Sequence record: SRR31156797_25125 | Strand: one strand, 5' to 3' | DNA: 32,509 bases | In this document: in pieces, positions 10,057 to 20,119 of the stretch | Layout of the letters: every line of letters begins with the position of its first letter | Position numbering within the stretch: the first letter of the stretch is position 1 | Notes under the pieces: model-generated | The model's input: the letters and a program-made list of their open reading frames with translations, nothing else | What the model was told of the DNA's origin: nothing | The model's database searches: none | Made by a program: the position numbers and the translations under genes

Positions 10057-10815
10057 ATGGTCGCGGACAGCGGGAAAGCACCGTCTATTATTTTTAAGGA
10101 TATTTCTCTCACCCTCGGCGGCGAGGAATTGTTCAAAGACTTGTCCTTGACCATCGCTGGAGGGGAGTGCACCTGTATCCTGGGGCCGAGCGGATGTGGG
10201 AAGTCGACCCTGCTTCGTCTGGTATCCGGGGCACCGTCCCTTGCTTATCAGGGGGTGGTCGATATTTGTTCTCAAGGAGGAGTAGCAGATAAAAAGACTG
10301 CCTGGATGAGCCAGGATGATTTATTGCTTCCCTGGTTTTCCCTGTTAGATAATATTCTTTTGGGAGCAAAGCTTCGTAATCAGGTCTCTCCTGCAGCCCG
10401 AGAGAAGGCCTATGAACTGATTGCAGCAGCAGGGCTTTCCGGCTATGAGAAGACCCTGCCATCAGCACTATCAGGCGGCATGCGACAAAGGGCAGCTTTG
10501 CTGCGAACCTTGATGGAAGATCGGTCAATTCTGCTGATGGATGAGCCTTTTTCAGCGTTGGATGCACTAACCCGGATGAAATTGCAGAATCTTTCAGCAC
10601 AATTAACTCGGGGGGCTACGGTTGTTCTGGTTACCCATGATCCCATGGAAGCTTTACGCATGGGCAATACCATAATGGTCCTTTCCGGCAAGCCTGCCCA
10701 GGTTCAATGCAGGGTATCCTTGTCTGGTGTTCCACCAAGAGTGGCCGATGATCCTGAAGTACAAAAACACTTCAGTGTCCTGCTCAATGAACTTCTCGAT
10801 GAGCCTCTTCAATGA
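10057..10815 (+). CDS. thiZ: ABC transporter ATP-binding protein (HMP/thiamine-precursor uptake)
   Basis: Walker A GPSGCGKS, LSGGMRQR signature, LLMDEPF, VTHD; located in the thi operon; ATG 10057 follows the thiD stop. Confidence 0.85.
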   Translation: MVADSGKAPSIIFKDISLTLGGEELFKDLSLTIAGGECTCILGPSGCGKSTLLRLVSGAPSLAYQGVVDICSQGGVADKKTAWMSQDDLLLPWFSLLDNILLGAKLRNQVSPAAREKAYELIAAAGLSGYEKTLPSALSGGMRQRAALLRTLMEDRSILLMDEPFSALDALTRMKLQNLSAQLTRGATVVLVTHDPMEALRMGNTIMVLSGKPAQVQCRVSLSGVPPRVADDPEVQKHFSVLLNELLDEPLQ

Positions 10816-11561
10816 AAGGTATACGGCTTTTTGTACTTACTGTCGGCCTTGTTAGCCTTTGGCAGATTGTTGTTACTCTTACCGGTGCTCCCCATTACAT
10901 CCTGCCTGGACCTGTACGAGTCTTGCAAGCAATACTGAAACACTATCAAATTTTGCTGCAGCATATGCAGATAACCGGAGCTGAAATTGTTCTCGGCTTT
11001 TTATTGGGTATTTTTCTCGGGACCAGTACAGCCTTAACTATGTTTTTGTCGCCTCTGTTAAAACGGTGGGTGCTGCCTGTATTAGTTATTAGCCAGGCCA
11101 TTCCTGTTTTTGCCCTTGCGCCAATTCTTGTCCTCTGGTTTGGCTATGGCATGGCATCAAAGGTGGCAATGGCTGTACTGATTATTTACTTTCCGGTAAC
11201 TGCCTCGTTTTATTACGGGATGCAGCGAACAAATCCTGAATTGCTTGAGTTGGCACGTGTGATGGAAGCACGGCCATTGGCAATTATGCGCTATATAGTC
11301 ATTCCTTCTGCCATGCCTGCATTTGCCTCGGGTATTCGTGTTGCGACAGCTGTTGCCCCGATTGGTGCCATTGTAGGTGAGTGGGTCGGTTCAAGCAGCG
11401 GGCTGGGTTTCTATATGCTGCATGCAAATGCCAGGATGCAGATAGACGTTATGTTTGCAGCTTTGACCGCACTCTCGATAATGTCACTGCTGTTTTATTT
11501 TTCTATAGATTACTTGCTGGATAAGATTATTTTTTGGGAATCAAAACAAGGGATTATGTAA
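10812..11561 (+). CDS. thiX: ABC transporter permease (SsuC/TauC type; HMP uptake)
   Basis: QAIPVFALAP, GAIVGEWVGSSSGLG; about 6 TM; ATGA overlap with the ATPase gene. Confidence 0.85.
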   Translation: MKGIRLFVLTVGLVSLWQIVVTLTGAPHYILPGPVRVLQAILKHYQILLQHMQITGAEIVLGFLLGIFLGTSTALTMFLSPLLKRWVLPVLVISQAIPVFALAPILVLWFGYGMASKVAMAVLIIYFPVTASFYYGMQRTNPELLELARVMEARPLAIMRYIVIPSAMPAFASGIRVATAVAPIGAIVGEWVGSSSGLGFYMLHANARMQIDVMFAALTALSIMSLLFYFSIDYLLDKIIFWESKQGIM

Positions 11562-12514
11562 TGAACAACAGAACAATTAAAATCGTTCTTCTACTGCTTG
11601 TAATGGTACTAGGCACCTCCGTTTCAGCCATGGCTAAAGAAAAGGTCACCGTGCTGTTGGATTGGTTTGTCAACCCGGATCATGCTCCGCTCTTTGTTGC
11701 GCTTGAAAATGGCTATTTTGCAGAAAAAGGGCTTGATGTGGAAATGATTGCGCCGTCCAACCCCAATGACCCGCCTAAGTTTGTCGCAGCTGGCAAAGCT
11801 GATATAGCCGTTTCTTACCAGCCTCAACACCAGATGCAGGTTGATCAGGGACTGCCTTTGGTTCGCATTGCCACAATGGTTGCGACACCGCTTAACTCAT
11901 TGGTTGTACTGGATGACGGCCCTATCAAGTCGGTTGCAGATCTGAAAGGAAAAACCATTGGCTATTCTGTAGGTGGTTTTGAGACTGTACTTCTCAAGGT
12001 TATGCTTGAAAAAGAGGGATTGACTCTGGAAGACGTAAAGCTGGTTAATGTCAATTTTTCGCTGTCACCATCTCTTTTTTCCGGACAGGCTGACGGTGTT
12101 ATCGGGGCATTCAGGAATTTTGAACTCAACCAGATGGATATAGAAAAACGACCTGGTCGTGCTTTTTATGTGGAAGAATTCGGTATACCTGCCTATGACG
12201 AACTCATTCTGGTGGCTCATAAAAATAATATCAGTCAGAAAAAATTACGGCTGTTTGTCGATGCTCTGGAACAAGGAGTCCAGTACATGGTGAACCATCC
12301 GCAGGAGAGCTGGGAGCTTTTTATTAAGGGAGACAGAAAAACTCTCGACGACGAGTTAAATCGTCTGGCCTGGAAAGATACCTTGTCCCGTTTTGCATTA
12401 CGTCCAGGAGCATTGGACCAAAAACGCTACAGTCGATTCGCTGCTTTTTTAAAGGAGCAGGGAACAGTCACCTCTATTCCTCCCATGGAAAACTGGGCAG
12501 TCGAACTCAAGTAA
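11561..12514 (+). CDS. thiY: NMT1/THI5-like substrate-binding protein
   Basis: Signal peptide, LLDWFVNPDHAP, AVSYQPQ, GAFRNFE, YDEL; TAATG coupling at 11559-11563. Confidence 0.9.
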   Translation: MNNRTIKIVLLLLVMVLGTSVSAMAKEKVTVLLDWFVNPDHAPLFVALENGYFAEKGLDVEMIAPSNPNDPPKFVAAGKADIAVSYQPQHQMQVDQGLPLVRIATMVATPLNSLVVLDDGPIKSVADLKGKTIGYSVGGFETVLLKVMLEKEGLTLEDVKLVNVNFSLSPSLFSGQADGVIGAFRNFELNQMDIEKRPGRAFYVEEFGIPAYDELILVAHKNNISQKKLRLFVDALEQGVQYMVNHPQESWELFIKGDRKTLDDELNRLAWKDTLSRFALRPGALDQKRYSRFAAFLKEQGTVTSIPPMENWAVELK

Positions 12515-12582
12515 AACAGGAACTATTGAGCAATACAACCCGTGTCCCTACCTTTATTAGAACAGTAACTTGCATGAACGGG

Positions 12583-12629
12583 TATCTACAAATAAACGTG
12601 TGAAATTTTTAAACGTTTATTTGCAGATA
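12583..12629. terminator. Inverted repeat between convergent thiY and the RiPP cluster; possible bidirectional terminator
   Basis: tatctacaaataaacgt ... acgtttatttgcagata (16/17 complementary). Confidence 0.5.
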
Positions 12630-12710
12630 AATCCATTGTGTTACTTAGTGTGTCCTTAAAAAGTCATCGGCTGGCAAGCCACCTAACGGGCTTCACAAGC
12701 CAGATAAAAA

Positions 12711-13619
12711 TTATTTCTTGAGTTGTTTACAACATTTGTAAATCTTTGAAACCTCTTCCATGAAGGGAAGCATTCTTTTTTTAGCAAAAGCAATCATCCC
12801 TTTGAACTCTGCAGGAATGATAAAGCTTGCGTCTGTGGCAGTGAAACTTTCCTTGCTCGACATGTGAATTTTAATTGCTTCGATGAGGAGCGGGGCGGTG
12901 AAACCATATTTTTGTAGGTCTTCCCGAACAAAAGAGGTGGTGTAGCGAATCGTTTTTTGTGAAATACGATGGGTAATGATCCAGCCTGCTATTTCCCCGC
13001 GGTAACGAAGCCCAAGGCTGTTTAGGTATTCGATTGCATCTTCATTTGAAAATGGAGAGAGCAGGGGGGGATACCACTGGCTATGCCTTTGCTTCTTTTC
13101 TATAAAGGCCCTTTCTTGATCGGACAGGTTTTTCCATAAAAACAGTTCGCAGGAAGGCGGGAGTAGTGATTTCTTGAGAAAGGGTGCCGTAAGTATTTTA
13201 CCCCGATTAATACTTCGACAAAGGAGTGCACTGAACTGCGGTGGGGTATACAGTTTTGTTTTTAGAAATTGCCCCATGATGTTGGGTTTTGCCTCTTGCC
13301 TCTGAAAAAGGACAACAAACTTGACGCATCCACGAATAACAGCTTCCTGTTCAGCTTTTTTTAATAATGCAGTCCCTATTCCCTGGTTCCTATATTCTGG
13401 TAACACAAAGATGGATCGCAAATGAGCTTCTTGGTTACTTACGCGCTCAACAAGTGCTAGAGCAACAGGCACCTTTTTAATGCTTGCTCCAATGGAGTAG
13501 AAGGCTTGGTGATTGGCATCTTCATATTTGACTAAATGTTTATAGCTTGCGTAAGTTAGCCCGGTGTAGGGGATACCTTCGTCACCAGAAAGAGTTTGAA
13601 TATCAAAACGTATCGGCAT
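12711..13619 (-). CDS. GNAT-family N-acyltransferase (tandem GNAT folds), last gene of the RiPP cluster
   Basis: IFVLPEYRNQGIGTALL (acyl-CoA motif A) and a second GNAT-like half FVREDLQKYG; overlaps the kinase gene by 17 nt. Confidence 0.85.
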   Translation of the reverse strand: MPIRFDIQTLSGDEGIPYTGLTYASYKHLVKYEDANHQAFYSIGASIKKVPVALALVERVSNQEAHLRSIFVLPEYRNQGIGTALLKKAEQEAVIRGCVKFVVLFQRQEAKPNIMGQFLKTKLYTPPQFSALLCRSINRGKILTAPFLKKSLLPPSCELFLWKNLSDQERAFIEKKQRHSQWYPPLLSPFSNEDAIEYLNSLGLRYRGEIAGWIITHRISQKTIRYTTSFVREDLQKYGFTAPLLIEAIKIHMSSKESFTATDASFIIPAEFKGMIAFAKKRMLPFMEEVSKIYKCCKQLKK

Positions 13620-14160
13620 GAATCTCTCGCATGGCCTTAAGTGCCTTTGGTGGTTGAGGGGTATTTAAATAGTGAATAACCTGATCAGAACATTGAACCA
13701 ACGAGTACGCTGCAGTATTTATTTTCAGATCATACAACATGGTATCATGGCTTGCATTGCTTCTGCCATGAGTCATGAGCCTTCGAGATTCGTTTCGATT
13801 TAAATTTCTCGTTTTTAAAATTTCCAGGGGACAGTATAAGCCGATTAAATGGGTACTGTGGGGATCCAAGTATTGGAGCAGAGCGTTTTTCATACTTGGA
13901 TTAGTAAGTACCATGTCAAGTAATACTCCGTTTCCTTCATTTGCATAGGCCTGAATTGATGCAAGGAATCCATTATAGATGTTTGGCAGACAAGCGCGCT
14001 GTAGGGAACTAAAGGGCTTTTGAGTCAAACCGCCATAGAACGTATCAATGGAAAAATGAAGAAAAGGAAAATGGAGCTGATCGACAAGCTTTTTGCAAAG
14101 AGTGGTTTTTCCAGAACTCGGTGGCCCATTGAGCACAAGGATGGTACAGCCGCTTTTCAT
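13603..14160 (-). CDS. Chloramphenicol-phosphotransferase-like P-loop kinase
   Basis: LNGPPSSGKTT P-loop, HFSIDTF, GLYCPLEILKTR..R, YDLKINT; starts 2 nt after the ABC gene stop. Confidence 0.8.
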   Translation of the reverse strand: MKSGCTILVLNGPPSSGKTTLCKKLVDQLHFPFLHFSIDTFYGGLTQKPFSSLQRACLPNIYNGFLASIQAYANEGNGVLLDMVLTNPSMKNALLQYLDPHSTHLIGLYCPLEILKTRNLNRNESRRLMTHGRSNASHDTMLYDLKINTAAYSLVQCSDQVIHYLNTPQPPKALKAMREIHADTF

Positions 14161-14162
14161 AA

Positions 14163-17051
14163 TTAGACCAATTGTCTTTTTGCAAGATTCGCAAAAAGCC
14201 CCTTCTGGTTAATTAGTTCATCATAGCTGCCTTTTTGTTCAACTCGCCCATTATTGATAACATAGATTTTATCTGCTTTTTTTATGGTACTCAAGCGATG
14301 GGCGATGACTAGCCTGGTGATATGCATTTTACTCATTGAACTAGACACGATTTCCTGTGTTGTGTTATCTAGGGCTGAAGTAGCCTCATCAAAAAACATT
14401 ATCTGTGGTTTCATGGCAAAGGATCTCGCTATGAGTAAGCGTTGTCTCTGCCCTCCCGAAAGGTTAGTTCCGCCTTCTGCAACAAAGGTATGCATACCCA
14501 TTGGCATATTTCTAATATCCTGTTCAAAACCTGCTTGTCTGGCAGCCTCCCAGGCCTGTTCTATAGTGAGTTCTGAAGAGCCTACAATATTCACAAATAT
14601 ATCCCCTGCTATCACTCTTCCACCTTGAAGGACTGTACCAATCTGTTGCCTTACTGCCTGAACATCGATGTTTTGTAAATTTTGGTTTGAGTAAAAAATC
14701 ACCCCACGATCCGGTTTCTCAAAACCAAGAAGCAGTCTGAGTAAAGTTGATTTTCCGGAACCGGAAGGACCTACTATGGCAATGAATTCTCCAGGACTGA
14801 TGGTGAGAGAAAAATCTTGGAGCACATTGGGACTGTTTTTATCATATGTAAAAGTAATATTACTTACCTCAATATTGCCATCGAGAATACCAGGGTGCAC
14901 ATGGTTGTGCTTGATCTCTGGTTTGCAGGCAAGTATGGGGTGCGCTCTTTCGTAAAGTGGAATGACGCGTATGGCTGTAACCAGAGATGAGCCGAGCCCT
15001 AGGATAGCGGCCATAAAAGAGCCATAGGCTGTTACAAAAGCAATAAAAGAGCCTGTGCTGAGGCTTTCTTTTAGGTAGAAAGAGGCTGTGAAGTAAATAG
15101 TACCTATGGCCAGTATAGGGTAAACACAGTGAAAAGTTGTGAAGACGTTTGAAACCATTCCCACACGGTAGGCGACCTGTTTTTCATGTGAAAACTGATG
15201 TGCCCAGACACCAAATGCACGGTGCTCAGCGCCTGCAACACGAAGTTTTTGTAATCCGGTGAGAAACTGAAGAACGATACCAGATACCCGGCCTTTAATA
15301 TTCAATAGTTTACGCCCGTATTTGATATCAAAATAACCAGAACCAACGGTAACGAGAAATGGGGGGATGGTTGTGAGGATAGCAACAAAGGCAAGTTTAA
15401 AACTATAGTAAAAAAGAACAATGAGGTAAAAAAAAGAGAAAAACCCAGTGAGCATTGAGCTGAGTCCAACACCTGTAAGATGCTGGCGAATGGCGGTAAT
15501 GGCATTAACCCTTGAAGCCAGATCACCTACAGTAAATTGACGAAAAAAGGTCGGCGCAAGGCTCAAGAGCCTGTCCATGACCGCAAACTGAAGGGAAGAG
15601 TCCATTCGTGTTTCCGCACGAAGCATGGCAAAACTTCTGGTGAGTTGAAAAGCTGCAGTTCCAATTGCAGCGGCAAAAAGAGCAATTCCATATTGGAACA
15701 GCATCGTTCTTTCAGCACCTGGAATAACCGTATCAAAAATTTGAGCGGAGACTAGCGGTGGAATAAGGCCCAGTAATGCAGAAAGAATGGACATTGTAAT
15801 GATTATTCCAAGGTCTTTGTTACTCCCATGGACTGAAAATTTTAATATTTTAAAAACCCGAAGGGCATCTTCTGAAAAAGGGCGATAAAAACATACGCCA
15901 TCTTCGGAAATATTTTCACAGATTTCTTCTGTAACTTTTGAGGTTGTTTTACTGAGAGGATCGAAAAGCGTATATCCAGATGGTTTTTCAGGTAGGAGGG
16001 CGACCGGCCGTTGTTCTTTTGTGAGAAAGGCAAGTATCGGCCCATTTTCCTGATGTTCCCAACCTTTTCTAAAGCGAATCATTCGTTTACGAACTCTGGA
16101 TATTTTGCAGATTTCCGTAAGCTTATCCATTTGATCGGTGAGAACAGCTGGAGGTGTGAACTGTATGTTTTGAGCTTTCCCTATGTGGAGACAGGCAGAA
16201 AAAAGCAGGTCGTCAGGATTTTCCTCGTGTATGTTCAGCTGGTTTGGATCCATGACAGAAACAAAATCGTCCAGTGATTGTTTCATGAACAGGTGATCCT
16301 GCTTTTTTTTCCTGTATAGCTTCTCTGTCTCAAGCTCGAGAGTTCCTGCACGTTCAAGGAACGTGCAGTGTAAAATGACACGGTGAAACTGTTCGAGAGC
16401 ATTGATCAAAAGGTCTTGATTAGAAAAAACATGGGTCGTATTCACACAGGAGATCCGGCTGTCAAGATCAGCACTAAGCCATGTATTTGTAATTAATGGG
16501 AAATAGGGTGCTGCAACGTCAATCTGGCTCAGGTCAAGAAAGCTGCCTCTTCCTTTTAAAAAAGACACCCACGCAATATTATGACCACTGGTAAAACGGT
16601 CACCTGCCTTGAGATCGACATCTTCACCCTGTGTTAAAAAATGACTACATCTGGTGACATTGTTTTTGACACATCCTTGACTTACATATTCGATCCATTT
16701 TTCCGTTAACCGAATACCATCTTGAAGAAGGGTTTTGTTCTCGAAAGCTGTAAGAAGGGTCGCTCGTGGTAATGAGTAGAGGGTGGTCCCCTGTTGCAAA
16801 ACTGCCAGACAGCCGAAATCAGCTTTTTCGTGTTTTGATGATTGTATCGGGAACAAAAGGGAATCTGGACTCATGGTGCAAAGGTGGAATCGACGACCGG
16901 TTTCACCATTACTATCACGGTCAACACTGAAAATTTCCACTGTCCCATGGTCAAAATACCAGAGGCAATCCTGGGAGCTAAGAAGAAAAGATGGGCTTGT
17001 AGTGGAGTTGAGGCGACTCCCAAAGGTTTGAAAGAGTTGTTGAATAGTCAT
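14163..17051 (-). CDS. NHLM/NHLP bacteriocin system ABC transporter permease/ATPase
   Basis: N-terminal cNMP-binding-like region, TM domain, GPSGSGKS, LSGGQRQR, FDEATSALD, IAHRLST; second transporter of the canonical NHLM pair. Confidence 0.93.
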   Translation of the reverse strand: MTIQQLFQTFGSRLNSTTSPSFLLSSQDCLWYFDHGTVEIFSVDRDSNGETGRRFHLCTMSPDSLLFPIQSSKHEKADFGCLAVLQQGTTLYSLPRATLLTAFENKTLLQDGIRLTEKWIEYVSQGCVKNNVTRCSHFLTQGEDVDLKAGDRFTSGHNIAWVSFLKGRGSFLDLSQIDVAAPYFPLITNTWLSADLDSRISCVNTTHVFSNQDLLINALEQFHRVILHCTFLERAGTLELETEKLYRKKKQDHLFMKQSLDDFVSVMDPNQLNIHEENPDDLLFSACLHIGKAQNIQFTPPAVLTDQMDKLTEICKISRVRKRMIRFRKGWEHQENGPILAFLTKEQRPVALLPEKPSGYTLFDPLSKTTSKVTEEICENISEDGVCFYRPFSEDALRVFKILKFSVHGSNKDLGIIITMSILSALLGLIPPLVSAQIFDTVIPGAERTMLFQYGIALFAAAIGTAAFQLTRSFAMLRAETRMDSSLQFAVMDRLLSLAPTFFRQFTVGDLASRVNAITAIRQHLTGVGLSSMLTGFFSFFYLIVLFYYSFKLAFVAILTTIPPFLVTVGSGYFDIKYGRKLLNIKGRVSGIVLQFLTGLQKLRVAGAEHRAFGVWAHQFSHEKQVAYRVGMVSNVFTTFHCVYPILAIGTIYFTASFYLKESLSTGSFIAFVTAYGSFMAAILGLGSSLVTAIRVIPLYERAHPILACKPEIKHNHVHPGILDGNIEVSNITFTYDKNSPNVLQDFSLTISPGEFIAIVGPSGSGKSTLLRLLLGFEKPDRGVIFYSNQNLQNIDVQAVRQQIGTVLQGGRVIAGDIFVNIVGSSELTIEQAWEAARQAGFEQDIRNMPMGMHTFVAEGGTNLSGGQRQRLLIARSFAMKPQIMFFDEATSALDNTTQEIVSSSMSKMHITRLVIAHRLSTIKKADKIYVINNGRVEQKGSYDELINQKGLFANLAKRQLV

Positions 17052-17052
17052 A

Positions 17053-19221
17053 TCAGCTCTTTATCATCTGAGAGTATGGGCCATCTTCTTTGATGAGTTC
17101 TTCATGGGTTCCACGTTGTCGAACCTTTCCAAACTGCATGAGAATAATTTCGTCGCAGTCTCGAATGGTGCTTAACCTGTGAGCAACTATTATACAGGTA
17201 CAACCTCTCCTGCGGAGGTTTTCATCAATTTTGTTTTCAGTTTGCGGATCAAGTGCCGAAGTGGCTTCGTCTAAAATCAGAACACTTGGCTCCTGGGCAA
17301 GGGCCCTTGCGATTTCAAGGCGTTGACATTGACCACCACTAAAATTATTGCCTGCTTCATTGATCATATAATTGTAGCCACCTTCCCGGCTCACAATATC
17401 GTCATGGATCATGGCATCTTTTCCTGCCTTGATCAGTTGTTGCTCTGAAATGGACTTGTCCCAAATGGAAAGGTTTTCAGTGATTGTTCCTTCGAAAAGA
17501 AAGATATCCTGATCTACACTTGCAATGGAATTGTTAAGAACATCACGATCAATCTCCTGCATGGGCATTCCATCAAATAAAATTTCGCCATCCCATGGGG
17601 TATAGATACCACTAATAAGCTTGGCAATCGTTGACTTACCAGAGCCAGACATGCCAACGAAAGCTATTCTGTGGCCTGGTTTAATGGAGAGAGAAAGATT
17701 TTCAATGAGTGGGGGTTCCAGCCTGTTGTAGCCAAAACTCACATTTTTCAATTCAACAAAACCTTGAAGTTTCGAGGTTTGTGTCGTGTGAGTGGCGTCG
17801 TCGCTTCGAATATCATCCCGGGCTATGTTTTCATCAATGGGATTGATGAGTACATCATTAAGACGCCCCATGTCACCTTTTATGGCCTGGATTGAACTGC
17901 CAAGTGAAACAAGAGAATTGACCGGTTTCATAAAACTTGCCATCAGGGATTGATAGGCCGTGAGCATGCCTATGGTGAGTGCTCCGTCCATGACCTGAAG
18001 GCTACCTACTGTGAGAATAGTTGCAGTATTGATGGTCATCAGAAGAGCAGGGACTGCATCAAGGTAGGTAGTGGGTACCTGTAAATTCTGCCTGGCATTT
18101 ATGGTCTTGGTCTCATATCCGGCCCATTTTGCAAAAAAATCAGATTCACTACCAGTAGCTTTGAGCGTTTCGATTCCCTGAAGTCCACCCATGGTAATTC
18201 CGTGTAATCGACCCATATCCTGAATGAGTTTTCGACTGCCATCTTCTCGAATGCGTGAGACATATGTGAGGGCAATGATATTGAGTGCGACCATACCTAG
18301 GCTGATCAAAGTTAGGCGAACGTCATAGGAGAACATGACGCTCACATAAAAGATCATGGTGAAAAGGTGGACTATGGTTATAGCAAGTCTTCCTGAAATG
18401 AGGCTGGAAACTGAATCGTTAATAGCAACCCGTGTGGCGATTTCACCGGAAAAGCGCTGCGAAAAGTAACTGATGGGAAGGCGAAGGATATGCCAGAAGA
18501 ACTGACTCGCCATTGTAACGCCAAGCTTTGTTTCAAATCGAAGCAGATAATATTGCTGCAACCATTCAAGTAAACCACGGAAGATCATGGTGATGGCCAT
18601 ACCCGTGAGAATTGTTCGAACCCAGTCAATTCGACCATCAATGAGCACATGGTCGATAAAGAGCCTTGAGAAAACTGGAATAACCACTCCAGGAATTACA
18701 AGAAAAAGACCAGCAATAATCACGAAGCTTAAGGCACTGACCGAGGCGGAGTCGGCGAGCAGTCTGTTCTTAAATGCAGTTATAACCGATGGTGGTTTGC
18801 CCCCTTTGGTAAAGCTCTCCTCTTTAGTAAATGTAAGGACTATGCCGGTAAATGATTTGTCAAATTCGTCGTAGGATATTTTTCGCGGTCCGCTTGCAGG
18901 GTCATTGATGTAAACAAGGTTTTTATTAAAACCCTCAACAACAATGAAATGGTTAAAGTTCCAAAAAACGATGGCTGGAAGAGTCATTTGTTTTAAGTCT
19001 TCTGGCTCTTTTTTAAAACCTTTTGCTTCAAGCCCGTATCTGCGTGCTGCTTTTAAAACATTGGATGCTTTGCTTCCATCACGTGAAACCCCACATTCGT
19101 AACGCAATTCTTCCAGGGAAACATATTTTCCCCAATAACCAAGTATAATGGCTAAGGCTGCTGCGCCACATTCGGCAGCCTCCATTTGAATCACCGTTGG
19201 GGTTTTTTTGCGTTTACTCAT
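17053..19221 (-). CDS. NHLM/NHLP ABC transporter with C39 peptidase domain (cleaves the double-Gly leader)
   Basis: TPTVIQMEAAECGAA (catalytic Cys), CGVSRDGS, WNFNHFIVVEG (His), INDPASG, Walker A GMSGSGKS, LDEATSALD. Confidence 0.95.
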   Translation of the reverse strand: MSKRKKTPTVIQMEAAECGAAALAIILGYWGKYVSLEELRYECGVSRDGSKASNVLKAARRYGLEAKGFKKEPEDLKQMTLPAIVFWNFNHFIVVEGFNKNLVYINDPASGPRKISYDEFDKSFTGIVLTFTKEESFTKGGKPPSVITAFKNRLLADSASVSALSFVIIAGLFLVIPGVVIPVFSRLFIDHVLIDGRIDWVRTILTGMAITMIFRGLLEWLQQYYLLRFETKLGVTMASQFFWHILRLPISYFSQRFSGEIATRVAINDSVSSLISGRLAITIVHLFTMIFYVSVMFSYDVRLTLISLGMVALNIIALTYVSRIREDGSRKLIQDMGRLHGITMGGLQGIETLKATGSESDFFAKWAGYETKTINARQNLQVPTTYLDAVPALLMTINTATILTVGSLQVMDGALTIGMLTAYQSLMASFMKPVNSLVSLGSSIQAIKGDMGRLNDVLINPIDENIARDDIRSDDATHTTQTSKLQGFVELKNVSFGYNRLEPPLIENLSLSIKPGHRIAFVGMSGSGKSTIAKLISGIYTPWDGEILFDGMPMQEIDRDVLNNSIASVDQDIFLFEGTITENLSIWDKSISEQQLIKAGKDAMIHDDIVSREGGYNYMINEAGNNFSGGQCQRLEIARALAQEPSVLILDEATSALDPQTENKIDENLRRRGCTCIIVAHRLSTIRDCDEIILMQFGKVRQRGTHEELIKEDGPYSQMIKS

Positions 19222-19345
19222 ATGGGGAAATACGATACGCTTTTTTAAGAGATTGGATCATTGATGATGGCTGAGCTTCATCAACACTTTTTTCATTCTA
19301 TAAAAATTGAAAGCCTTTTGCCAGCCTAAAGGTGTAAAATAAAAT

Positions 19346-20119
19346 ATGAAAAAACAAAGTGTTAGTTCCTTAATTACCCAGCTTGCTGCAAAACGTTACT
19401 GGTATCAGAAGATCGAAGTAGATGAAAAGGAAACTCCTGTCTTTAATAAGGAGATGGCAAACACGGTTTTTTATAATAGAGGCAAATGGGACCATTTCAT
19501 ACAGCCGCTGTTTCCCTTTCCTCCAGCCGGGAAACATTTTGTGGAATGTGGCTGTAACGCCGGCCTTTTTTTACTCCTTGCAGCGGAAGCTGGTTTCTCC
19601 ATGGTTACCGGATATGAAGGGGATGATCATTGGTTCCAACAGGCACGTTTTATTCTCTCTCATTACCAGGTAGTTAACCCCGGGTCTTATGCCAGGATTT
19701 CCCTTTCCCATGCGCGCATTGGCAATACCGGGCAGGGAGCAAGTGAAAGTTGTATGATGCAGAGTTCCTGCGAACCATTGGATGATTTGTCTCTCCCGGC
19801 AGCAGACCTCACCTTGCTTGCCAATGTTCTTTACTGGATGGATAGAAAATCAGCCCTTCAATACATACAGAATCTTTCCTTCAGTTCAAGCTATTGTATT
19901 GTGGTTTCTGTAGAGGGTTCCTATGCAAAGGGGGGGCCTTGTTCTAGTGAAGAAGTGGGCGAGGCTTTTTCTGAAAATTGGCAGGAAGCAAATAGAATCC
20001 TGGCTCCACCATTGGCCCAAGGAGAACGAGGAAGAAATATGTTTTCAATACTCTATTGTTCGAAAACACGCTCACCACACCTTGGCTATGCCAGTAAGTT
20101 ATCAGGGGGAGAGTATTGA
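19346..20119 (+). CDS. Class I SAM-dependent methyltransferase
   Basis: WYQKIEV N-terminus, motif I VECGCNAGLF, acidic GYEGD after beta2, LANVLYWM. Confidence 0.75.
   Translation: MKKQSVSSLITQLAAKRYWYQKIEVDEKETPVFNKEMANTVFYNRGKWDHFIQPLFPFPPAGKHFVECGCNAGLFLLLAAEAGFSMVTGYEGDDHWFQQARFILSHYQVVNPGSYARISLSHARIGNTGQGASESCMMQSSCEPLDDLSLPAADLTLLANVLYWMDRKSALQYIQNLSFSSSYCIVVSVEGSYAKGGPCSSEEVGEAFSENWQEANRILAPPLAQGERGRNMFSILYCSKTRSPHLGYASKLSGGEY

Noticed and set aside
7710-12514. Thiamine operon as part of the RiPP cluster
   Set aside because: It is convergent, separated by a hairpin, is a standard salvage gene set, and no cluster enzyme is TPP-dependent.
13603-14160. True chloramphenicol resistance gene
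   Set aside because: Only fold-level motifs are seen, and the gene is embedded in a RiPP operon.
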